Shown here piece by piece: positions 46,816 to 61,997 of a stretch of DNA of 64,000 nucleotides. Position 1 is the stretch's first letter; every line of letters starts with the position of its first letter. The notes beneath the pieces are model-generated. The model saw only the letters and a program-made list of their open reading frames with translations, did no database searches and was not told the DNA's origin. A program made the position numbers and the translations under genes. The DNA is from the human T2T-CHM13v2.0 reference genome, Homo sapiens: the NCBI RefSeq assembly GCF_009914755.1, contig NC_060941.1, one strand, 5' to 3'.

Positions 46816-47691
46816 AAGTCTTAGACCAGGGATTCTCAGCTTTGGAAATAGCATTCATTATGGTATGAATCTAAAATAATTGGCTTCTTGTTGAAGGGAA
46901 ATGATCAAAGTTCGCAATTTATTTTTAAATGAGTGAGAGCAGATTCAGAGCCATGTCTGTTACTAAGACTCAGCAGGTGAGTCACGCATTCGCTTGCATT
47001 CCATCATGATTTCTTGACTATGAAAGGAAGGAATCGTTGTGTGTGTACCAGGTATTGGGCAGAAGCCGCCACCAGACTCATTTATGTGCTCCAGGGGGAT
47101 AGATACTCTTTGTATGTGAGTGTCATCTGTCAGGTTGCACACATCAGGTGAAAAATCTTGAGCCACAGCCTTACATATGCAGTTCCCTTTAAAATTCTAA
47201 GTCCATGGATATCCACTTGGTGTGAAGATGTAACCAAATTCTGGTTTAGGGGGTGACAGATGGAGGATTGAGACCATGGCAAGTCACTCTCTGGGGTCCT
47301 GTCCCAGCTGAGTGTCCTGCACTCTCTCTACTAACACGTCAGCCCAAAATAGAATCATAGACTGTCGAGTGGGAGGAGCCTGGGAAATCATCTGGTTCAT
47401 CCCCACGCAGTTTACAGGAGTGCGTTCAAGGGCCTCTGAGGGAAAGTGACTTGCTCAAGACAGCGTAGGTAGAGGCAGTTTCCGTGTTAGAGCTCAGGGC
47501 TGCAGAGCCCGGGCCCAGCGCTGTCCCGCTACATCACTGACTTAATGCAATCAAGGAAAGGTGCCGGGGGTGCAAAGATGCCTGAGACAAGGGAGCCGCC
47601 CCCAGTCTGATCCTGGTGGGAGCTGAAGCAGAGCATGTTTTTTTCCCATTGACTCTTCAAAGGAATGGCATTCTTATCACCAACCAATAGT

Positions 47692-47719
47692 CACTTATCA
47701 CTTATCACTTATCACTTAT
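47692..47719. repeat. (CACTTAT)4 tandem repeat
   Basis: direct inspection. Confidence 0.9.
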
Positions 47720-48189
47720 CCAATAGTCCCCACCTTAGCCTTGCTTTGAAGATTACATGAAACAATACTTACGAAACTTCTATCACAGTTCATACGCATT
47801 TAAATCTTATTAGACTATAATGAGTTCTATTAGAGCATTTTTGCAGTGGTTAGCATGAACTATTATTTATTTCCAGACTCTAAGCAACCCCAAGGGCAAG
47901 GTTCATGCCAGCTACCATTGCTGGAAGATTCCAGGAACAGAGGGAGTTTAGGGAGCATCTGTAGACTTCAAGAATTTTTTTTTCTTTTATAGGAGAGAAA
48001 ACCCCAAGTAATTTAATTTTCCTATTCAAGAACTCTCTATGGCTCCCTATTTCCCCTAGCATCAAGTCTAAATTCCTCCTGTTAGCTTTTATGTCCTCTC
48101 TCCATCACCCTGACTTCCCAACACACAGCCCATCTTTTTGCCTCCCCAGCACCACCCAGCATTCACCTTCCACCTCCCCAGGGTCCCAT

Positions 48190-48826
48190 ACTATCTTAGT
48201 CCTGTAACAAATTACCATAGATGGGGTGGTTTATCAACAACAGGAACAGCTTTTCAGATCTGGAGACTGGAAGTCTGAGATGCCTGCATGGTGGGGTTCT
48301 GGTGAGGGCCCTCTTCCAGGTGCAGAGAGCTTCTTTCATTTTTTTTATTTTTTGAGACAGGGTCTTGCTCTGTCACCCAGGCTGGAGTGCAGTGGATCAT
48401 GGCTCACTGCAGCCAAAATCTCCTGGGCTCAAGTGATCCTCCCATCTCAACTTCCCAAGTAGCTGGGACTAGAGGCGCACGCCACCACACCTGGCTAACT
48501 TTTTTATTTTTTGGTGGAGGTGGAGTCTCACTATAACTCCTGGGCTCAAGCAATCTGCCCACCTCAGCCTCCCAAAGTGTTAGGATAACAGGCATGGGCC
48601 ACCATACCTGGCCAGCAGACAGCTTTTTGTAGTAACCTCGCACGGCAGAAAGAGATCTGGCTTGCTCTCTAGCCTCTTCTTATAAAGGCACTAATTCCAT
48701 ACGTGAGGGCTCCACCCTCATGACCTAATCACCACGCAAAGGCCCCCACCTCCTAATACCATTACATTGGGGTTAGGGTTTCAGCATATGAACCTGGGGA
48801 GGGGACACAAATATCCAGTCACAGCA
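48190..48826 (-). mobile_element. MaLR LTR (MLT1A/MST-like) interrupted by AluJ
   Basis: ggagactggaagtctgagat...ctcatgacctaatcacc...ggggttagggtttcagcatatgaa. Confidence 0.78.
48335..48612 (-). mobile_element. AluJ with internal deletion
   Basis: J diagnostics. Confidence 0.85.
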
Positions 48827-49621
48827 CATGGGAAGGATGATATGTGTGCAAGCATACGCTTCTGGCAGTGCATGTCTAATCCTTATAAACCTTAAGATTT
48901 GCCATGCCCATCCTCGTGAATTTCCAAGTGCCCGTAGGCCTCATTCCTTCACACTTCTGCATCACCCCTCTGCTGAGCTATAGGGAGAAGAGAAACTCAG
49001 GTTGGGGTGATGATGTAACCATTTCCTGGAGCTTCTCCACTGGGATGTTTTCTGACTCGAATGCGCAGCCAGGGATTCGTGCGTCACATGACTGTCCATC
49101 TCAGAGGGCCCGAAGGAGAATATTTACACAGCCTGGGGCTGAGGGCAACAGGATCAGGGACCTGTCAGTCCATGGGCAGCCACAGCGGCCTCTGCAGCAT
49201 TTCAATTAAGTCACTTTGGATTAATGTGATTGGACACTTCTCCTGATGTCAGCAGCAGTATCACGGTCACAGAGGAAACAATTCATCTGAGCCTCGCCGG
49301 TTCTACCAAGGATGTCCCCAAAGCACTGGAAACACCTCAGTCCTCACACCCTGCTCTCTCTCGGAGAACTTGGGGGCTGATGCAGAGCCTTCTCTCACGT
49401 CGCCTCATCCGATCCCAACCATACCCTGGCGAGTCAGGCCAGCATGTTGGCAGCAGATGGATACCATGGGCAATGTGTGGCATTTACATCCACAACGCCT
49501 GGCATCTCTGCCTGTTTCTGCCACGGTCAGTCACCATCGCAAGTTTCCTGGCCTCTCTGAGCCTCACTTTCCTCATCTGCAAAATGGGTCTAATGAAAGG
49601 TCTCCAGTGAGAAAGTTGTGA

Positions 49622-50077
<456 letters not shown>

Positions 50078-50816
50078 TCAGAGGCCTTTTCTGAATCGCT
50101 TCTCGTCTTTCTACCTAATACACGGAGAAGTGAAGGTCTAACTTGTCTTCTAAAGAGAACTGCCTTTCCCACCAGGAATAGAGACGAGGCCAGCACAGAG
50201 CCAGGGCTGGGCAAAGAGAAGGTGGAGGCCAGCCAAGGAGATTAAGAGAATTCAGAATAGCTTAGACGGGTGAGTTCAGCTTGGGCCCAGAGTCAGAGCC
50301 TAGTGACCCCTTTGATGAATATGAATCCTTAGAAATGGTGTTCGTTTTGAATAAAGCCAGAAGGATTAAAAGAAAAAATCTTTATAAATCCCATGAAGCC
50401 AGGGAGGCGGGTGTTACATAGCGTGTGTGCTTCAGCAGCCAAGCAGGACAGCAAGCCAGCCTGAGGAAGTGGCATCCGATCCCTCCGTACCTGACTCTGA
50501 CATCCTCTGTCATTTTGTTCTCCGCCGGCCCCCACTCCGCCCCTATCCTTTATGGGGTGCCTGTGTCCCTCTGTCCTGAACTTTTTGAGTTTAGCAGAAC
50601 AGCATAGAATCTAAAATCCACACATTTTGTGGATTCACAAACTCACCTAAGGAAAAGAACATTTCGCGTAAGTGCTGCCTGGGCCAGGAACTGTCATTTC
50701 AGATTGTGGGATCAAAGATGTGGGTTCCCTTTAAAGACATCCTAGGCACTGGGGAGAAAGGGTAGAGTTCTTGGAGGTGGCTTGGGCAGAGGATGTCTTA
50801 AAATAGCACTTCAGGT

Positions 50817-51055
50817 GGCTGGGTGCGGTGGCTCACGCCTGTAATCCCAGCATTTTGGGAGGCCGAGGCGGGCGGATCACGAAGTCAGGAGATCGAGACC
50901 ATACTTGGCCAACATGGTGAGACCCTGTCTCTACTAAAAATACAGAAAAAAATAGCTGGGTGTGGTGGCATGCGCCTGTAATCCCAACTACTCAAGAGGC
51001 TGAGGCAGGAGAATCGCTTGAACCCCGGAGGCAGGGGTTGCAGTGAGGCAAGATT
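50817..51055 (+). mobile_element. Alu (Sc-type) lacking its 3' end and tail
   Basis: consensus stops after gcagtgaggcaagatt. Confidence 0.88.
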
Positions 51056-51127
51056 CCATGGGTATGGGTCACTTACATCTCTGGAACTCAGTCTTCTCGT
51101 CTGTAAAATGTCTCTATTGTTCTAGGT

Positions 51128-51440
51128 CAGCCTTTCCCAAAGCACGTTCCACCAAACAATAGTCTTATAGAATATTAATCCTTATTAAAAAAATCTCTTC
51201 TATGCTCCATAAATTTGGGGGAAACACTGGAATATGTAATGTTAAACAAATTCCTGTATCGGGGGACTTCTCAGAGATTTTGATGTGCTAATGTGCGTTG
51301 TGAATTTTTAAGAAGAAAATGTAACATATTACGGAATCTTTTCCAGTTTGTTGGACTTCAAGATACTTTTTCTTTACTTTTACAAAGAGCATCTCAAAAG
51401 GCATCTCTGAGGAGTAATATTTGAGGACATCCAGTGAGGT
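51128..51440. mobile_element. hAT-Charlie MITE-like element
   Basis: tttcccaaagcacgttcc...ggacttctcagag...tgatgtgctaatgtgc; related to the 16360 copy. Confidence 0.5.
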
Positions 51441-51503
51441 ACTTATTAAGAGCTCTTTCTGTCCTGATACAAGAATATAGTTGCATAGAAGTCAGAAAGA
51501 GGT

Positions 51504-51921
51504 TGCTATGGTTTGAATGTCCCCTCCCAAACTCATGTTGAAATTTAATCCTTAGTGAGGCAGAATTGAGAGGTGGGAGCTTTAAGAGATGCTCGAGTCA
51601 TGAAGGCTGTGCTCTCGTGAATGGATTAATCCATTCATGAATTAATGGGTTCTCGTGGGGAGTTGGACTAGTGGTTTTGTAGGAAGAGGAGGACAGGGCC
51701 GAGCTAGAATGTTAGCACGCTCAGCACCCTAAGCCATGGGCTGCCCTGCACCTCCCTGGGGCTCTGTGAAGAGTCCTCCCCAGCAAGAAGCCTCTCACCA
51801 GATGTGCTCCCTCGACCGTGGATTTCCCAGCCTCCGTAATGGTAAGTAATACGGTTCTTTTCTTTATAAATTACCTAGTTTCTGGTATTCTGTTTTAAGC
51901 AACAGAGAATGGACAACGACA
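51504..51921 (+). mobile_element. MaLR LTR (MST-like)
   Basis: tgctatggtttgaatgtcccctcc...ctttataaattacctag...agcaacagagaatggac. Confidence 0.82.
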
Positions 51922-52052
51922 GAAGTCAAGAAATACATCCTTTATTTCTCCTTGCTGTTGTCCATGAATCATGGAGAACACTAACTCTCTTTATATTCAG
52001 TGTGTGCTCCTGTCAGTATGGGAAAAACCCTTCCGTGGTGTGATCCAGAAAA

Positions 52053-52680
52053 ATGTGCACGTGCACGCGTATGCGTGTGTGTCTCTGTGTGTGTGCGTGT
52101 GTGTCTGTGTCTGTGTGTGTGCGTGTGTGTCTGTGTGTGTGTGCGTGTGTCTCTCTGTGTGCGTGTCTGTGTGTGCGTCCGTGTGCGTGTCTGTGTGTGT
52201 GTGCATGTGTCTGTGTGTGCCTGTCTGTGTGTGCGTGTCTGTGTGTTTGTGTGTGTGTCTCTGTGTGCACGTGCGTGTGTCTGTGTGTGCATGCATATCT
52301 GTGTCTGTGTCTGTGTGTGTGCACGTGCGTGTCTGTGTGTCTGTGTGTGTCTGTTTTGCATGTCTGTGTGCGTGTCTGTGTGTGTCTGTGTGTGCGTGTG
52401 TCTGTGTGCGTGTCTGTGTATGTGTGCATGCGTGTCTGTGTGTATCTGTGTCTGTGTGTGCATGTATCTGTGTGTGTATCTGTGTCTGTGTGCGTGTATG
52501 TGTGTGTGCATATCTGTGTATGTGTGTCTGTTGTATCTGTGTGTGTCTGTGTATCTGTGTGTGTTTCTGTGTATCTGTGTGTGTCTGTGTGTGTATCTGT
52601 GTGTGTATCTGTGTGTGTGTCTCTGTGTGTGTGTATCTGTGTGTGTGTGTCTCTGTGTGTGTGTATCTGTGTGTGTGTGT
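52053..52680. repeat. About 630-bp degenerate (TG)n / TCTGTGTG simple repeat
   Basis: direct inspection; source of the long Cys/Val and His/Thr ORFs. Confidence 0.97.
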
Positions 52681-53139
52681 AGTAAACACTCTGTGGGTTT
52701 GCAGAAGTGCCAAGGGGACTTCCTCTAGAGGAAGGAACCTGAAAGAGCCTCACACATCTCTCACTCCCGCTTTCAGCTTGTTTTAGGCTGAGAAGATGCC
52801 ACCACCACCACCACACACACGCTGAGTTACACACACACACACATACACACGCGAACTGAGTGACAATTTTTTATCAGAAATCTTGGGGACATTTTTACCA
52901 TCTACCTGTGTAGTGTTTGTGTGACTACGGCTCATGCCATATGCAGGTAGCCAGGTTGCAGCTGCTCCCACTCCTGCCGGAATATCCAGTTCCACACTTT
53001 CCTCAAGCCCAGCCCATGCGGATTTTTCCTGCCAGCTGCCTGGTTACTGATGAAGCAGCTCCCTCCCATTGGTCTAATTTTCCAACTCTGTCTTCAAGTT
53101 CAGGTTCTACTCTGGCCCTAGCTCCTCCTGACATCATGA

Positions 53140-53466
<327 letters not shown>

Positions 53467-53813
53467 CAATGAGGCCTTTTCTGTTTAGGAAATGTCTGCT
53501 CAGTTCCTCCTGCTTGGGTGACAGAGACCTTATGTTGCAGGGAAGGAGAAGCTGTCTCAGGTGACATGGAAAAGCCATGTGAGCCAAGTTCTTCTGTAAG
53601 AACTTAAGGATTCCTTCTCTCCCCTGCCTTGCGTTCTGATGCAAATACCTGGGTTATGCTGCCTCAGACATTGGCTCACTCAGTTCTGCCTGCCTGGAAC
53701 GTTCTCATCCCCAGTCTCCATCTATTAAAATCATAGCCTTATGGGCCTGGCACAGTGGCCACCTCCTTTATGAGGTCCTCCCTATGCCTAGAGCTATAAA
53801 TAACCTCTCCTTC

Positions 53814-54540
<727 letters not shown>

Positions 54541-55370
54541 CTTTTTATCCAAACTCTATCACCCCCGTTTCCATTTCCATATCATAGGTGCATCCTTGTT
54601 ATAACCATTATCATATTTGTCCTTGTTCGTTTGTACCTTAGGTGGGTCTCTTCCACTGGATCCTTGCTCTCAGCACTGGGGCTTACTCACCTTTCTCTCC
54701 TCCCATCCTCCTGGCCCTGTGCCTGACAAGGAAATGACTGTCAGTGAATTCACTCTGCACTGTGCTGACTCCCTTCTTTCCAGAGGTCTTTGATGTACAC
54801 TGAGGTGGGCTCCTCAGACTCTAGCGTCTGTCATAATCACCAGGGGGGCTTATTAGAAACATGAGTAACACCAGATAAAATAGGATTGAGTGGAATAAAA
54901 CACCAGTGCCATAAGGATCAGAAACGAAGAGGCAATGGGCAACTCCAGAAAAAGCAAAAAGCTGAACACAGCAATAAACATCACCACAGCACCTACTTTG
55001 ATGCTATAATGAACAATATTGATAGAGTCAAAATATATTATTGGCTTACTGATTTCAACAAAGCAGCGATATAACTTTATTAGGAAGATGACAGAGGGTA
55101 TGTGGGATGTTGTGGTATGAGAGAGTTAAATCCTATTTATTATAACAGGAAGTTAATAGGTAATGTCTAAGATGAAGCCATGGCTATGTAACCATAGTTT
55201 TTGAAAACACGGAAGAAAATACTAGAAGAAACACTTAAGTTAACTGTGGTTTCTCCTGAAGTGTGGGACTAAGTTATGGAGAAGAAAGGGGCAAGGGAGT
55301 GTTGATTTTTCATAGTAGCTTTTCAAAATGAGTTCATCTCTTGTCTATGAGTAAATATCACCTTGGTTAA

Positions 55371-55659
<289 letters not shown>

Positions 55660-55688
55660 TGTATTCTTTTTCTTTAAAAAAAAATTTT

Positions 55689-55870
55689 GGCCAGGCACAG
55701 TGGCTCATGCCTGTAATCCCAGCTTCTGGGGAAGCTGAGGCAGGATAATCACTTAAAACCCAGGAGGTGGAAGTTGCAGTGAGCTGAGATTGCGCCGTTG
55801 CAATCCAGCCTGGGCAACGAGAGGGAAATTCCATCTCAAAATAAAAAATAAAATAAAATAAAATAAAATA
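55689..55870 (+). mobile_element. Alu monomer (FRAM-like)
   Basis: right-arm-type monomer plus (AAAAT)n tail. Confidence 0.8.
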
Positions 55871-56409
55871 AGAATACAGACCTCTAGACTCCACCCCGGC
55901 TCTCTTAAATTAGAACCTCCAGGACTGGGCACCTGGATATTTCTTTTACAAGTTCCTTGGGTGATACATTTGATAACTGGTGTGACGCCTATATAGAGCT
56001 GTGGAAACAGAAGTACTATAGGCAGTCCTCATATGAGAACTTGGAAAGGAGATGGAATTTCCCAAGTGATTTGCCTATAAGTATGGTGAATACAGTTTCC
56101 AAACCAAAATTCTGGAAGTGTTTTGGAAATCCTCCAGGATGCAGGGTCCTGAGACTTTTGCCTCTGTCCATGAAGGTGGGGAAGAGACTCATAGGAAGAT
56201 AGCACTCCCTGAGAAGCGAGGAACTGGGGAGGTCCCTAAATAGCCTTAGCTCCAGGCACTATTGCAGTGTCTGTACCACACTTAAAGCACAAGACACAGG
56301 CACTGGCCTGGATACATGGGAGGGTCAGTCAGGCTGGGTACTGCCCCACATTGGCCACCACTGGGAGAGAGGGTGGAAGGGAGGGACATACAGCACCTCT
56401 GAGTGTTCC

Positions 56410-56708
56410 TTTTTTTTTTTTTTAATTTGAGACAGGTCTCGCTCTATCATTCAGGCTGGAGGGCAGTCACACGATGATGACTCACTGCAGCCTCAACCTC
56501 CCAGGCTCAAGTGATCCTCCCAGAGTAGCTGGGACCACAGGCACACCCCACCATGTCCAGCTAATTTTTTAAAAAAACCTTTTGTAAAGAGAGGTCTCAC
56601 TATGTTGCCTATGTTGCCAGGCTGGTCTGTAACTCCTGGTCTCAAGTGATTCTCCTGTCTCAGCTTCCCAAAGTGCTAGGATTATAGGAATGAGCCACCA
56701 GGCTGGGC
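56410..56708 (-). mobile_element. AluJ-type
   Basis: cactgcagcctcaacctcccaggctcaag. Confidence 0.85.
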
Positions 56709-57353
56709 CTCAGGGGCTTCATTCTTGTTGCCTTTTACTTAGGCCTCAGGAACAAAAATCAAATGCTATGAGAATGGAAAAAGAAAAGGCAATTAGAAAC
56801 TCCAGAAAAAGTTAAAAAACTGTGCAAGAAATTGACTGTAATAAGCTGAGGTCAGGAAAGAAATGGGGATGGGAGGATTCCTCCTTTTTCTGCCTTGGAG
56901 GTTTTGCGTCCCAAGCAGAAAGGGAAGAGTACTCTGTCCCTGAACGCGGGCTTACAGCCAGGCTGCCAAATATGGAAGAGTCAAATTCCTCCCTCCTCAA
57001 TTCTTTGAGAGGTAAAAACACTTCTGTTTTTAAAGATTCACTCCAAGATCATTCCAAGTGCAGGATAAATAACAGGGATGCACCTTCGAGTTGGGTCGGG
57101 ACCACCTTTCATTCCCAAAGGATTTTAAATACCAGGGATTCAGTGACAAGAACAAACGAGAAACTAATTTTAATAAACACTTGCAATGTGTCAGGCCCTG
57201 TTGCAAGCTCTGTATGTGAATCTGGTCATTTCATCTTTACAATCACTCTTGGAGGTAAGTACTGCTATCATTCCCATTTTACAGATGAGAAAACTGAGGC
57301 TCAGAGAGGTGAAGGGACTTATTCAAGGATACCTAGACAATCAGTGGAGATGA

Positions 57354-57890
<537 letters not shown>

Positions 57891-58051
57891 TCAGCTCTGC
57901 CATCTGGCATCCTCACACAGCCTCCTCTCACGTCCCCCTGGAGAATTGCACGTGCTGCCACACCAGATCCAGAGGCACAGAGCCGGGGCACGTTCCTGTC
58001 AAGGGTGCTGGCCCTGCCATTCTCCCCAGGAGGTAGGTGTGCGGGAGGGCA

Positions 58052-58368
<317 letters not shown>

Positions 58369-58418
58369 AGAGGGCATTGTTTTTAAATTGTGGTAAAACA
58401 CACATAACATGAAATTAA

Positions 58419-58985
<567 letters not shown>

Positions 58986-60839
58986 TAGTGGCATTAACTA
59001 CGCTCACAGTGTTGTGCAACCATCACCACCATCCACCTCCAGAACTCTTTTCATCTTTCATCATCTGTACCCATCACACAACTCCCATTGCCCTTCCTCC
59101 TCTGCTTGGCAGCCACCATTCTTCTCTCTGTTTCTATGAATTTGACTACTCTAGGTGCCTCCTGTAAGTGCACTCATACAGTATCCGTCCCTTTGTGACT
59201 TGCTTACTTCGCTTAGCATAATGTCCTCAAGCTTCATGCATGTTGTAGCATGTGTCAGAATGTCCTTCCTTTTTCAAGGCAGAATAATATTCCCTGTGTT
59301 TATTGGATAGCATTTTGTTCATCTATTCAGACACCTGGGTTTTTTCCACCTTTTGGCTGTTGTGGAGGGTGCTGGTTTTGATGGAAGACCAGGGGCTGTT
59401 TGGGTGGCTGTCTTGGTGAGACAGCCTCACCATTGCCTTTTGCATGGAGCAGGTCCTTAGTGTTGGATTCCGGAATCAGGGAATCCCAAGGACTTCATAG
59501 GCCTGTTTCTTGTCCAGCTCTATGTAGAGAAGGACTACGGAAAACAGATGCTTGTTCCAGGGATGCTGGGTGATGCGAGGTACAGGCAGGCTACCTCAGG
59601 GCCAAGGTGCTGTGCAGAATGGGGAGGGCAGCATGTATCCCACTTGGCTGCAGGGTTCTGAGGCCAGGGGCCCGCAGATGCTAGAAGACAGAACCCTGGG
59701 CACCATCGCTCAGGCCCTCACTGAACGGGGCACTGGCAGGAGCAGTGATGCTGAAGATTTTTAAGGAACTCCTCGGGCAGAGGACACTGATGAAGGTGTG
59801 AGGGCAGAAGATTCTGCAGAGCATCCTGAAAACACACAGGCTCTTGATGATGTGTTAGACACCTCCTGAATACCCCCCAGACAGAATCTGGAATCTATGT
59901 GCCTGGGCTAGACAGTGATACTGGGTTAATATCACTCCATCTATACTTTGCCGCTGGCCGAGTCTGGGCACCTGTGTCCTGTGCTCTCACTGGCCTGGTG
60001 GGGTGTCCAGTCTCAAGGGAAGAGGCCTTACTAAGTTCCATCGCTAGAGGGCAACCAGCCAATGGGTGGGGAAGTCGTGTGTGGCCCCCAACTTTCATCC
60101 CTTCAGAAATAAAGGATGTTTTTGAGAAAAAGTTGCAAGAGATGAGATGGAATATTCTTGCAAAGCAGGTATTTTCTTTAAAGACAGACCATTTTCCAGC
60201 ATGCAACTTGGAAGATGATCTTTAATGAGCACTCACAGAACGGAGTTGCAGCCACATTCAATGACCAAAGTCCATCCCTTGGGTACTTTCTCCCTCTGGG
60301 TCACTCCATCCTGCTCTCTGCCATCCCAGAGAGATGACCACGTCAATTCCAGAGGTGACACCACTCTGAGTCCATTTCTAGGGTCTTTGTTCTAGTTGAG
60401 CTTTTCATTGTTAAGGTCTAAAATCTTGTCACATGGAGTTTTTAAGATTTTTAGGGATGTCTATTAAGAAAAGCATGGCTGCTTTTCCCAACTGTTCAGA
60501 ATTCATTCAGTTGAAAAGTTACCCAGGATGAGTTCCTATGTTTGACTTGAAGAGGGAAGGAAAAAATAACACAAAAACAAAACCAAAAACGAAGTGAAAA
60601 CATGTTCTTCTTGCCTCTTGCTGACTCACTGTTCCAACCAATCAAGACATCTTCCACCTGGGCCTCCAATTTGGGAGGCTGGGAGACATTGCAGGGACGC
60701 TGGGAGCTGGCCTGGGAGAGGTGGAGTAAGAAGTTCCAAGCAGAGCCTTTGGGAGGCATGGCGATGAGCCTGCTAAGAACTCACCGGAGAGGGCAGGGGC
60801 AGGACAGGGCACCCTCCCAAGTACCTGTGCTCAAGCAAC

Positions 60840-61000
60840 TCTGGTCAGAAGACCTGCCTATCCGGTTCTGCTGTTTACTTGCTGTGTGGCTTTGGGCAAG
60901 CCATCCAACCTCTCTGAGCCTCAATGTTTCTCAGCTGTCAAATGGAGAATTCATCGTATCCTCATGGGGTTATTGTCAGGATGTGCGAAATAGGATGGTG
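60840..61000. mobile_element. MIR
   Basis: tgtgtggctttgggcaag...ctctctgagcctcaatgtttctc. Confidence 0.7.
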
Positions 61001-61592
61001 GGTTAAAAGACGTTGTCAATGTGAGTTGTGGGGACAGCCTACTCCTGTGCTGGTTAGTAAGTGATGTATCATCAATTCCATAAAAGGGTCTGTCAGGTGG
61101 GCTGAGCCACATGTGCTTAGAACAAGTGGGCATTCAAGATGAGTGAATGTTGCACTTTTCAACACACTGTTTTGCTATTGTGTAGGCATAACCTACGCCG
61201 CTGATTGGGTTTTTGCTTCATGGCCTGGGCTGGGAGCTGTTCTCTCCTGAGCTGAGCAACCACCTCTCCTGCAGTCTCTGCATAAACAGGACCCAGAGGA
61301 GATTTTGCCTTTGTGGTTAGCCTCAGCCCAGCCTGGACAAGCTTAATGCCTTAGAAAGAAATACCCTGCCTCAAAAAGACACCTGCCTCTAAACTGGCTC
61401 GAGCCCCATCGCCTTCTGCCAGCCATTCCTCTGTAGCTCGAACCCCAGCCTGTCTCAGCCAGCTTCGTGCATTGAGCAGAACCTTCAGGGTGGAGCCCGC
61501 TGACCGCCTTGTTCTTTCTCCTCAGCCTGTCAAGGAAGTCCCAGAAAGCACAGCTGACTTAGGGAAGGTCTGGGAAAAATCTCCCTGCTTTT

Positions 61593-61611
61593 GGGGGGGC
61601 AGGGGCGGGGG
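61593..61611 (+). promoter_or_regulatory. GC box / G-rich element in the GLP2R proximal promoter
   Basis: gggggggcaggggcggggg, contains Sp1 GGGGCGGGG. Confidence 0.5.
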
Positions 61612-61808
61612 ATGAGCCAGGGCCGAGAAGGAACTCTGAAGACTCCGTAGATTGCTCTAGACCGCCTCAGACACTCTCGGCGCAGCGTGGAGAGGATTTG
61701 TGCAAACATTTCCTCTGTGGACCAAGAGGAATGCAAGAGGAGGCTGCCTGCGGTGCATCTTGGACGGCTAGAGAGATGTACCCCTACTTGTGAAGGTGCA
61801 CGAGGAAG

Positions 61809-61997
61809 ATGAAGCTGGGATCGAGCAGGGCAGGGCCTGGGAGAGGAAGCGCGGGACTCCTGCCTGGCGTCCACGAGCTGCCCATGGGCATCCCTGCCCC
61901 CTGGGGGACCAGTCCTCTCTCCTTCCACAGGAAGTGCTCTCTCTGGGCCCCTGGGAGGCCCTTCCTCACTCTGGTCCTGCTGGTTTCCATCAAGCAA
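61809..61997 (+). CDS. GLP2R: GLP2R (glucagon-like peptide 2 receptor) first coding exon, 189 nt; gene continues beyond the window
   Basis: MKLGSSRAGPGRGSAGLLPGVHELPMGIPAPWGTSPLSFHRKCSLWAPGRPFLTLVLLVSIKQ recognised as the GLP2R N-terminus; donor CAA|GTAAGA, phase 0. Confidence 0.93.

Noticed and set aside
51971-52840. Six overlapping ORFs of 176-275 aa (Cys/Val- or His/Thr-rich)
   Set aside because: Translations of the TG microsatellite, which lacks stop codons in all frames.
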